Positions 37,801-49,800 of a DNA stretch of 64,000 bases are shown piece after piece. The stretch is from Phoronis australis. Taxonomy: Eukaryota > Animalia > Phoronida. Where the stretch lies: contig NMRA01000177.1 in the NCBI GenBank assembly GCA_002633005.1, positions 1 to 64,000 of the forward strand. The letters run 5' to 3'. Positions within the stretch are counted from its first letter, which is position 1. Every line of letters begins with the position of its first letter. A program made the position numbers and the translations under genes. The notes beneath the pieces are model-generated. The model had not been told where the DNA came from and searched no databases. It was given only the letters and a program-made list of their open reading frames with translations.

Positions 37801-40800
37801 TTACCATTCCAGTATCAGTATTGATTTCATAACAATGTTAACTTGGCACGTGTCAACTGCCATGAAACATATCACTTGTAGTAAATCTTCAAACACAAGA
37901 CAATTTCCCTTATCAGTGAGGCAGAGTTCAAATTAGAAGAGGGGTGTGAGGTTGTGACTTATCACCTGAGGAAGATGTTGACTGGGTGTTGAATGTCCAG
38001 GCTGCGTACTGTCGCCAGCTCCACGGAGAAAGAGTAGCGCCTAAGATGGGGAGGTACTGCAACGTGCGGCGGTGTGTAGGAAAGGGGCGCCTCCTGGGGC
38101 ATGGGAGATTTGAACCTCACTTGGTGGGAGTCATCCACAGAAGGATGTGCGGGAAGATGCACAGTAGCCTTGGCTTGATGGCCATCGTCTGTAGCGAAAA
38201 CATACAAGTAGCGCACATGACCACAAGAGGGAGTGACAATTGTACAAAAAGGGTCAATTGACAAAAGAGCAATGCAAACTCAAACAAGAACTTTCTACGC
38301 AATGACCAACCAACAAATAACTTGAAAAATGTCACGTCACAATGAAAAATTTGAGAAAACTTTTCACAGCTATATCACAATATCAATGCACATGCTAAAT
38401 TTCAGACTCTTCAATAAACACATATATAACAGGGTTGGTCGTATAATCCTAGGGAGCACGGGTTTATATCAGGACAAGCCCATTTCTGACAACAAACATC
38501 CTATACACTACCAGAAGACAGGACATTTCATTTAGAATGTATGGTGCGTTGTACAAAGTTCTCCACTCCGGTTTGGCTTATCTTACAAATCATTTTTCAA
38601 ACATTAATAAAACACAGTCAAATGCTCGACCAGAACATGTCTAAATGACGTTCATTCTCCTGCAGTGGCATAGCGTCACATAATACTTCAGTTCCCTTCA
38701 GGCTAAATGCTATACAAGAATCCCAGTTTAAAACAAGACATGCTGTCTTAAGATCAATATTTAGAATTAGCCATGTCTAGTCCTCGAGTTATTTTGTTTT
38801 TAGATTTTAAATTATAGTCTTATATACAATTTTGTGTAATACTAAAAATTTAACCCTGTCTTGCCTAATTTAATTACTTTTGTAGTCCATACTTTTGCTA
38901 TAAGGCGCTTTCCCATTAGGGGAACTTACCTTTACCGAAGCTTCATCGAAACTTTGCTTACCTTTACCACTGGACAGCAAAGTTTCGCCTCTAATGGGAA
39001 AGCGAATTTAGTCACCTATTATTGTTTAATCTGTATGATTGTTTACAGTTCTGCGTGTGTCCTCAGAGGGACCAACGCTTCACACTGAAGAGACTACCCA
39101 GAATAAATAAATAAATATTAAGTATAATGATAATACAGAAAACATCAGGTGCCAGTTTTGACAGCTGTCAAAAACGTCAACTCTTTGTCAATAGAAGTAT
39201 AAAATGTGGCATGCAAAAATTCCCTATGAACAAAAAATGGAAATTTAAAATTATTTAAATATGATAACAGTTACAGCAAAAATAGATAAGGTGTCTGTAG
39301 TACCACATAATGAAAGGCTTTTGACTCATCAATAACAGACAGAAGAGCCAACTTCAACCACCCTTGAAACATTTCTCAACTCTGTTGTCAGAGATAAGAT
39401 ATGAGATGCACCTGTTGCATGATGATCAATGAAACCTAACGAATGTCATGGGAGGTGAGAAATACGACTACTGGTAAATCTCTGACACCAACTTCTGACG
39501 AAAATAATAGCCAAAAATGTCGTTTTTATTTTCCAAGGGGTTCTAACATTGTTGTGAACGCCAACAATTTTTCAAAACTTTGTCTGATGGTGGCTGTGGA
39601 ACAAAACTTTACTGTCTTGAACATGTAAGTCTTAAGTTTCAAAGAAAAAATGGTAAAATAAGTTTTCACATGTCGGCCATATTGTGTCCTACGTTAGTGA
39701 GATTTTACCATTTTAGCAAAATATGGGAACTACAGCATCAAATCTGAGCAAATCCGGTTACAGGCAGCATGTTTACCCATAAGAGGTTTCTCTGCTACCA
39801 TGCTGCTCAAATCATCATCTGTGTCCCCACCAGGAGGTGCTGAAGTAGCCTCAGCCAGAGCGCCACCTGGTGCTGCGTCTGCTGTGTTGGCACTCTTGTT
39901 TTCACCACCAGAGGCGGTCCCAGCTGCTGGATCAACAGGGAGCTGGTCACGGGCTTTCTCTCCAGTTTCTTCAGCGATCTTGAGGTTACCGGCAGCAAGC
40001 TGCAACATACACACGCAAAAACATGCATGGTGAGAGCTCAGTTGTATACTTCTCGACTGAGCAGAGAGTGGGAGAAAATTGTCATCCTGTTACATAACAT
40101 CCTCATGGCGGTGGTGGGAGATGGTGGTGGCAAAAATAGTAACAGTAGTAGAAGTGGGTAGTAGTACTAGTACAAGTACTGATGAATTAGACCTGCTGAC
40201 ACTGTTTATATCACTGTTTATTTCACTTCCTCCATGACGATGAAACATGTGGTCCCCAAGTATAGCAACTCTTTTAACTTGTTTGTCCGTTATGTATCTT
40301 AATGATTTGCTGCACAACTGCACGGTGGAAAACATGAGATTGTGTAGAGTACAAGCTAGTATATATTAACAAAGAGTAGTCATGCCTTCAACCAGGTTTG
40401 TGTTGATGAAGAGCTGATAACGAACTATGCAACCTGAATTGAAAATGAAGTTAACAAAATCCCAAGATTCAATAAAATGTGACCATTCAAAATCCTAACT
40501 CTTCTGAGAAATGGGTCTCCATTCGATACATTCGACAAGTAAATCTCAGACCTGCCACATTTCAATCCCTGACAAGACAAATCTAACCTCATCAATTTCC
40601 TTCCTCAGCACCACAGAAACTCCCACATTTGGTTGTAGGCTTTCTGGTAATGGTTGCATTTGGCTCTTCCATCGATTAGGCGGACAGAGCTAGAAGAAGA
40701 CAAAAGAGTATTACCTCACAATAAGCAGTGTTGACATGGTGAACTTTGTAACCACACTGTTCCATTTAAAGACCCCAAAACCACTACGTTGGCCAAGTCA

Positions 40801-43800
40801 AAATATTAAACTTCAAACTGAATTATTTGAGTGAATTGTTGAATCTTGCTGTTGAAGCAAGACAATGAAATCCCCGCTGAGGTCTGCAATTTTTCATCCA
40901 TATCGCCGTAATTTCCACAAACATGATTTTTTTCGCATGTAACTTTCACAACCTGTCGTAACTTTTGACAGCTGAGCTATTAGGCTAAATGGCATTAAAA
41001 GAAAATTTCAGATACACACCTTTTGTGGATCACAGATTAAAGTAACAGAATTTGTCAGTTTCATGCCAAAATTTGTGTTTGTGGAAAATATGGCAATATC
41101 TGTATGAAATCATGATTTTTGAGAAAAACACATCTGGGCATAGATTTTGTGATGATTATGGATTTTAAAAATAGCTTGATCGGCCTACTGTAAATACTTA
41201 AACAGAATCGTTTAAGAAATTTGATCCCTGGTAATGAAGATAGTGTATTACGGTTTCTTAAAATAAGTTTGACATGATTTAAGAAACAAAATTACCAAAA
41301 CTGACAAACCTAGTGCAAACACGGAAAACTAGAGGAGCTGGCTTCAGCCCTACAGTCATATTTCGAACTTGAATTGTTTTTTCTGACAAACACAAATTCA
41401 AGACCAACACTCCCAAATACCAGTACCAACAAAATGGCCATCCCAGTTGAGCGCCCCCTTGTGCACAAGCAGTGACATTTGTAGAGAATGAAAAACTGAA
41501 TTGTTAACGAAATGAATGCAAAAGTAAGGCAAAAGAATAAGAACATACGACAGCTTTCAAAAAATTCCGTCGATTTCTGTCGACATTTCCTAGCGAAAAC
41601 CTAGAAAAAATCATTTTCCAATTAGCAAGAATTTCAGCAACTTTTTACCAGTTAGAACAAACATCGCCAATTACTCACGACATTACCTCAAATGCTCCTT
41701 CAATGCTGACAGGCTTCATGAAGATCTCAGTACTCTCCTTTTTCAATAGAGAGTCCAGTGGGATAACAGCGTTACCTAGTGACTGGTCGCCACAACACAA
41801 ATGGACCTAGAAAACAGAAAAGGTTTTATTAACTATCAGTTAGTGACTTTATAGTGTCCAGATGGGCTACTGGGATTTGGTGCCAGCAAGGCATGTGCAC
41901 AGTAGTCACCTAACTAAATGTTTATAGACAACTTGAGGAATATCAGAAAACACCGCGTCATTCGTGATTGAATGTTAGCAAGACCAGACACTGATCCCGA
42001 TATACATGCCGGTGTTTTGCAGAGACATGCCTATTTTGCCAACCTAGCATGAATGAATACGCTCCAGGACTTTAAATTAGAGCTGGTTCTTTCAGGCCCT
42101 GAACAACAGAGCCAATGGAAAAATGACCTAGATTTGACATTTTGCACCCATTTCTTCAGAGGTGACTAAAGTACAGTGCATGTCAAAAGTAAACAGACCC
42201 AGAATTCCCTGTTACGATGGCCGAGCACCAATGAAATTAGTCATCATGGTGGTCATCTGTAACCACTGAGAATTATGAAAAATTTAACAGAAATTTAAAA
42301 AGACAACAATGCTATTTTCCACCAAGGACGCCATGGTCACAAAGGGTCATCGCTCATCATAATTATTATTTGTTTCACTGTAAGTGACATCGACCACCAT
42401 AGCAGATAAACAGTACAGGGTGTCCAAAAAACTTACTCACACTTCAAATGACATTATTAGCAAATTGACGATCAAAAATGTGTTTAAAGTAAAATTGCAT
42501 CATTTATTAACGTGGTAAGATCAATTGTCGTCGCAGTTCCGTGATGTTTTTTAGTTTCCAGTAGTATTGCGTGATAAATTCCCCTTCTCCAAAACTGAGA
42601 CTTTCAACATGATTCCTGTTTGTACAGACCACACGGCAGCTTCATTTTTGGCGTGTGCTACACATGATTGGATTACCATCGACCGCTGTTGCCAACAGAA
42701 ACCTGGTTATGTGAACACAGTGCCTGGTCAAGTGAACACAGTACCTGGTCATGTGAACACAGTACCTGAATACCGGGCTGTTTCTTGAAGAACGACCGCA
42801 GCGCATCAACATTGCTCCTCAGTCGAACGGATGCGCGCTCAGCTGGAAAGTTCGGATTCATCAGGTCGAAGAAGGATTCGTTGGTGACGTCGTTGCCAAG
42901 TAGGGTGAAGTAGAAGAAATATCCGCCGGTACTCGATGGTAGGGGCACAGATGTGGGGATTAACTGAAGATAAATACAAAGTACTTATAAGGACTCTTAA
43001 CCTAAAACATGATTACATGCATAGGGCAACATTCTCACTAGGCCTTTGGAGCGGGTGATGCACAATGCTCAAAATTTGAGCCACCATGCACAAATTAGAA
43101 GATCACACTCAAACTGCAAACCCCACGACCAAATATTTGTTCACCAAATTTAAATTTTTACTATATAGCTAAATACCGTTGAGTTATGGCAGCAGCGTTT
43201 CTCAAAATAGTGACCACTGCAGTCACAATGTCACTGATTTCATTGGAATTATCATGACCTAAACATTTGGAAAAAATACTTTTAACGAGAATGCAGAACG
43301 CTTCTCCGTCAGCGTTACATTTTCTTACTGCACCATGTTTAACTTAAGCCTTGCAGAGAACACTGCACAACCACGATAGTATTAAGCTGATGACAAATCT
43401 AGTTTAAATTCTTTCTCAAATCACACTTACACGTTAAAACTAGATTTAAGGTTTATTCAAACCAAGAAGAAAGTTCTTAAAAATTCTATTCAGTAGTCTT
43501 TTACACGACAGGAGCTACAACAAAGAATATGTTTGCGTGTGCGTGTGTGTGTGTGTGTGTGTGCGTGTATAGAATACATATCAAATGAAATCAGACAAAA
43601 TGGTGTTTCCTTTTCATGACAACTAATTCTGTCAACAGCAAAAATGATTGGCAATAACTAGCATGGCGGCGAAATTCTTATTACACAAAGCTCAACCGCC
43701 TACTTTTCTGTTACTTCCCTTCATTTTCGATCATGAGGGAAGGTTACTATGACGATGATTTCGGATTCTTCCAAAGAAGTCAAGACGGGAATTCTGGGTA

Positions 43801-46800
43801 ATTTCGTCTGAACACTTTTGGTATGTACTGTACGCCAACTAGACAAAACCGTAAATCATAAATAATGAAATGTGGTGCAAAGGAGATGACATGCAGCGAG
43901 CAAGTAAACAATGCCACTCCACTTCTGAGCAGAGACGCAAGAATCTCGCGAAGGAAGCTGGTGTGATCACGTGCTTCCCTTGTAATACTTCTAGATATCT
44001 CGCAGTCTTGCGTTTTTGACAGGTTCTCGTATCTAAGGAACGCGGCCCCTCCACGAGACGCCATTGTTGAAACACTACTACTCATCCAACACAAGTGAAG
44101 ATTATATCACCTGCGTTAGATTAGCTGCAAATGCCACAGTGATGGATAAAGTGAAGAACTCGGCACACACATCCTCAGGACCCAGCTGGTAATATCCTTG
44201 ATCTTCATACAGTATCGGCCGGAGGTTGACGTAGCCTACGGAGACGTCCTCGGAAGTCGAACTATCTGGCGGCACTGCAAGGAATTTAGAATTGTACAAC
44301 AACATCTTCAGGTTGACTTCGAGTAACATAGAAAATTTTTACAGTTTATCAACTCTATAAGATTATATGAGAGAAGTAGCGGACTGCTCTGACTGCTTCA
44401 GAGGTTAGGACTGTTGAAAAAAAATTCTAACTCGAAATTATCACCACTAACTCAGTTCATGCTTGGGGCTGGAATCCTTAGTTTAGTTTTTAACAAAGCG
44501 AATTAGCGTTCCTTATTACACACTACAGCCCACAGACTGAATGAAGTCCATTGATTACTTCGGCAAGAAGATACACCACCGCCAACTTGATTTACATAGT
44601 TACATTTACGAATTCAGCTTGACCTAATTAGTAAAAAAACGTTAACACGTGCCAACCTCAACGCATGAAGATGATTTAATGACCGAAGGGTGCCTGCTTG
44701 TATCATTCAGTCAAATGGTCTTAATCTGGGAACATGACTTGTCACGAATTTTGAAACTGGTGTCGTTTTATTACCTCTTATGTTGACCCAACTCCAAAAA
44801 ATGAAAACTACTGGCATCAAGAGACTCTTTGTAAAAACAAAAGATCAAGCAATTGGTCACAACTTTGTTGCCACTCTTGCTTAGAAACGTAATTTTCTTC
44901 TACTGGTATTTCACAGCAGTTGTCTAAAATTGGAGTTACCAGCGATCAAAATTTATCCCCAAACAAAAGCTGGCCAGTTTTAGAGAAACGAAAAATTTTT
45001 CAAAACTAAAAATGTGCCAGTTATTAATCATTTTACCTAGGTATGTTCTGGTCTCATGCAGTCACTCTTAATACATACAGTGACCGTTGTCGGGAAGTGA
45101 GGGCAAAAATCCTAGACTAATTCTTGGAAAGGAAATAATTCCAAGATCAGACCTCAACAACTGTTAGTTGTAAAATGTTCATTAGTTTCTCGGAAAGGGC
45201 CCCAGTGCCCGGTTGCATGAAACAGTCCCTAAATGATAGGGATTTCCTTAAGTCTTAGGGACGTCCCTAAATTTTAAGGACTGTTGCATGAAAAGTTCCC
45301 AGTTAGTTTAGGCATTAAATAGGGACTCACCTTTAGGGGTTACCAAAAGTAAGTCCCTAAGTTGAGTCCCTAGCAATAAAATGGCTGATCAAGCTCATAC
45401 TGCTGTTGAAAAAAGAATTTTCTGCGACAGAACTAACCCGCTTGAGACGTTTAGCGACAGTTAGCTAAACGAAAGATTTAGATTTTCAAGGGCCGGGATA
45501 TTCATGATAGTTAGAGAACTTGAAGAGAAGCTGGAGTTACTGAACAGGAAAGGCGTGATCTCCCCCACTGTACTGACTAGTAGTTCCGTCGTAAAATGAA
45601 TTTATCAATTACTAGTGCCATGACTTACCCCACGTCTCACTTAATTCCCCGAGCAGACGATCTCAATGTTCAGCGCGTTGGGAAGTGCGGCGACTCCTAC
45701 CGGAGATTCTGGTATTCTCACCAGTTCGCTGTTTTTTTAATTTACATTAGCATGGGTGGCCACAATAGATCGTCTGCTCTCTCAACAGCAGTAGAAACTC
45801 GAATTCTTAGATAATACACATTGAGTGTGCACTCTACTCAAACAGTCATTCAAAAGGTGGAACAGAGGACGTAAATGCGACAAGTATTCTCTCGTTGATA
45901 GTAATTTTTGCCATATTAAGCGATCTTAGCCACGGCAATCAACGGGATTGTTCAGCTTTGGGAACTTACTTCGGATTTAGGGCGCTCCCAATAAGGACAG
46001 AGGGTAGGACCTCTTCATGCAACAGTCCTTAAACAAAATCCTTATAGGGACTTCCCTAACTAGTTTGGGAACTTGGTTAAGTCCCTAATTTGGGACTGTT
46101 TCATGCAACCGGGCACAGATGTTTGAATGAAAACCCAGGCTGGGTGAAGAACCGAACACAGGCCCCAACCTGTTCAAATACGATATACTGACAACTTTTC
46201 AACAAAGATCACCCATCTACGTACAATGCCCCCTCCTGGCTGGAGCCTCAGCTGCCTTAAAGCCTGTGTCCTCCGTTCCATCCTCGTCTATGTAAATGCT
46301 GAGTAGAATCTCTGGCTTCAGTTTGGGGTACTTGGTGTGCAAAAGAGGGTACCACTTGCCAGCCTGCAACAGGACACCAAAAGTAAGTAGACGGCATAAC
46401 AACAAGACTCAATGTCTCCTATATAGACCTTCATCTGGCGGGCAGCCAGGACATCCCAACGGACACTACAAAGAATTACTTAGACACTCTAGCTATGATG
46501 CCCAATTCAGTATTTGGATGTACAAGTGAAGTAAACAATTAAGCATTGATGTCTCCTTTAACTTGCCAACAGCAGTTCTGGGAGCTCACGGTCTAGCTGT
46601 AAATATAAAATTAATTAAGATACGATCATGTAAGAAACAATTTACTTTATTGCAGACCCATGTTTCCATAGCAACATAACACACAGCAATTTGACCCGAG
46701 ACCATAAAAACGCTGTCACGCATCATTGATCATGGTTGCTCTGAAAAACTGAGAAACCCATTTTGGACACCCTATTTTTGAAAGCCTGAATGAACCCCTG

Positions 46801-49800
46801 CTCCTACACAGACCCTACAGTTGAATGTACAGTTTGTTACAGCTGAATTCCAATGTTTCTTCCCTACTTAGCTTTTCCAGTTTTATAAAACAAGAAGTCC
46901 TTCTGGTCAATTCTAACACGGTAGTGCCTCCATATGACTTCTAGTCCACTTACAGGATGTTTCTCTTTAATAAGTAAGCAGCCAATGAAAACAATCTATT
47001 GACGTGAGCCATGGGAACAAAGTAATAGACCCGGGGCTTCACTTCTATAGAGGGAGTTGAGGGATGATCAAGTCGGGTGTTATCGATCACTCATCTTTTA
47101 AGTTCAAAGCTTTAGTCTTTGTGGTCATATTTGGTTTTATATGAGCAATTTAGATGTGAATGCGTTTCTGCAACACTGGTACAAGCCTGTCCATGAAATT
47201 CACAAAACTGTCAAAGCTTTTCCCCCCATGATCTCCAGATCTTATCACAAAAAGCAAGCTAATGCCTGTCCCAGGATTTTGTTTGAATGTTCCACATTTT
47301 GCAGTCCTTTGGGAAATTCACGTACCAGACTTTCCCTGGCAAAATCTGAACTCTCTGCATGTTGCAGTGAGGGTTTTTAGAAGCTTTAGGGACCTATCTG
47401 GGAGGAGGGTATGTCTCTGACTTCCCAACAAGTATTCAACATTCGGGCAATTCAACCCAGTCCTAGGTGTTACCACTCTGGTAACTCTCACCTGCTTATC
47501 TCTAGCTGACCTCAGGTCAAGCATCACATATCCAATCACCTCTCTGGCAGTGGTCAGCATGTCTACGGCATAACATTGTACTTTTATCACTGTTCGTTGC
47601 ATCCGATGTTGCTGCAGACCCTTCTTGTCGATCTCCCACGCCAGCTCCTGAGTGAAGTCGGGACTCTCAACATGGTCAACGGGGTCGGTGGCGAGGAGTT
47701 CGCCGTCCAGTCGAGCCTCAATCACCAACTGGTACTTACTTCTCTTGGGAAAGTTGCGACCTACAGTACACGCCAAACATATTCAAAAACTGACCCATTA
47801 TTCCTCGTCATGACGGCTTGCCAGAAGTAGAATTCGTTGTCAGAGTAGTCTCCCCTGATGACTGAGAATGAAGGGGGATAACCAGGAAAGTTAGTGAGGT
47901 GACTAAGCCATTCAGTAATAACAATTTTTGCTGTCATCAGTTATGACTCATTTTGGCAATTAACGGAATCAGCCACCATGATGAGGAAACTGTATTGTGT
48001 CCGATTAATTTTGTATTGTACTGTATAATTACTCTATATGGGGGTTAAAAGACATCCAGTGAAACGTATGATAATCATAGTGCTAAATCTTTGCTGAACT
48101 TACATTACATGGAAGTGGGTGTTGATTTCTTGCCTGAAGATCGGCAAATGTCATCAGGCATTGCAGACGCTTGAAAAAAATCTCCAGCAAGCTGATGAGA
48201 TGTATCTCCAGTAAACACTATACCATGAGCGGCGCATCATAGGGAGCTGGGGAGGCTATAGCAGTCCCACTTTTTTCAGTGCTGCACTGCCCATGTATAC
48301 CATTGCAATATCATCTTATATTTTTCCTAGGTTTTTGAATTCTAATTGTCAGAAAACTTCAGGATCGTGTCAAGAATTGAACTTGCGATTCCGAGCTACA
48401 TGGGCCCAGCAACTCAACAGGACAGTCAAAGAACAAAATTTAGTTGCATTTATGCTGGAGCTGATCTAGTTGATTATCATCCGTACAGCTTGGCAGCACA
48501 TTGTAATTATACTCTCTGACCTAACTATTGAACCTGAGTAATCAGGTAATTTAGATATTGTGAAGTTGTTGAACTTTTTTGCCAGGTTTTCAGTTCAGTA
48601 CAGCTCCAGGCAATAATTCCGCTACTAGTATGCGTAGATAGTGCCACCGTCTCAACTAGCAGTAGAGATATGACGTCGTATTTCCTGGCACAAGCTGTGT
48701 AAAAATGGCCAGAAGCAAATTGGGCAACTGAACATGAAACTGCTCGAAACGAAGTTTCATTATGGGAGTATTTGTTCGAGTTGGAAGGAATAAAAGACAT
48801 CGGCAGCCTCCTAAAGTGTCCCTCTATGTGCCAACGGTACTTACAGCAACATGACTTTGATGGTTTAATGAGTGCCAGGCATAATTCACCAAAAAGCTTC
48901 CGTGTATGAAGGGCCTATGGGATAGCTACCGTTTATACTAATAGTTGAGATGGTGGTGACACTGGTGCCGTAGGCGTAGACCAAGTAAGACACCAGAACA
49001 AGTTAACTTGGTTTCCTTCCATGGTCCCACTTCATAGACCAAGTAAACGACTTCACCTGAGTTCCAGTTTATGGTTGAAATCTGAATGTTTCGTTCTGGA
49101 GTCACCAAGTACGCCAAATTTCATTTTCAATTACATTTTTACGAATGGGTTAATCATTTAACTTCCTTGCCAAACACTAACAGGGAGTTACAACGAATAA
49201 AAGCTCATTAAAAATGAAATCGATTTCAGGACAAGTCTTATTTTGAGATGAGTAACTTTTTATGGTGGTGTACTATCGCCCCTTTGTGCCTGCGGCATTA
49301 CAGGGCGCCGGAGTATTAAAACTTTTACTACAGACAGTACAGTACTATAGACTACCAGGGCTCGACGCTATTGAAATTGCCAGGTCGCATTTTGCGACCT
49401 AGCCAAAATCCCAGGTCGCATTTTCAAAATCCAGCTCGCATTCGTAAATGCCAAGTCGCAAAATTTCCCGCCACTTTTACGCGCGAAAATAGATTTTTTA
49501 GACCATCGAGAAAATGTTTAGATTATGCTCTTACCTGCAGCGTTAAATACTCACAAATTTCGGATCTCAAAATTGACTTCATTCATGCAGGTACGGCCTT
49601 ACTGTTCTTCACGACCGCCATTGAAAGACTCTAGAGCGCAAGGCAAGTTGCCGACGTGAAAGTTGAATCAGAGCTCTCTAACTGACTTGTGCATTCGAGT
49701 AGCTAAATTTGCGATGTGAAAAGGGAGAAAATCCCCGTTGAAAAAGTATCCGGGATTTTGTTAGATCTGGCCTGCTACTGGCTGTCATCAAAGTTGTTAA

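Noticed and set aside
47855-48215. Hammerhead ribozyme cores (CTGATGA)
   Set aside because: No properly spaced GAAA and no closing stems found.
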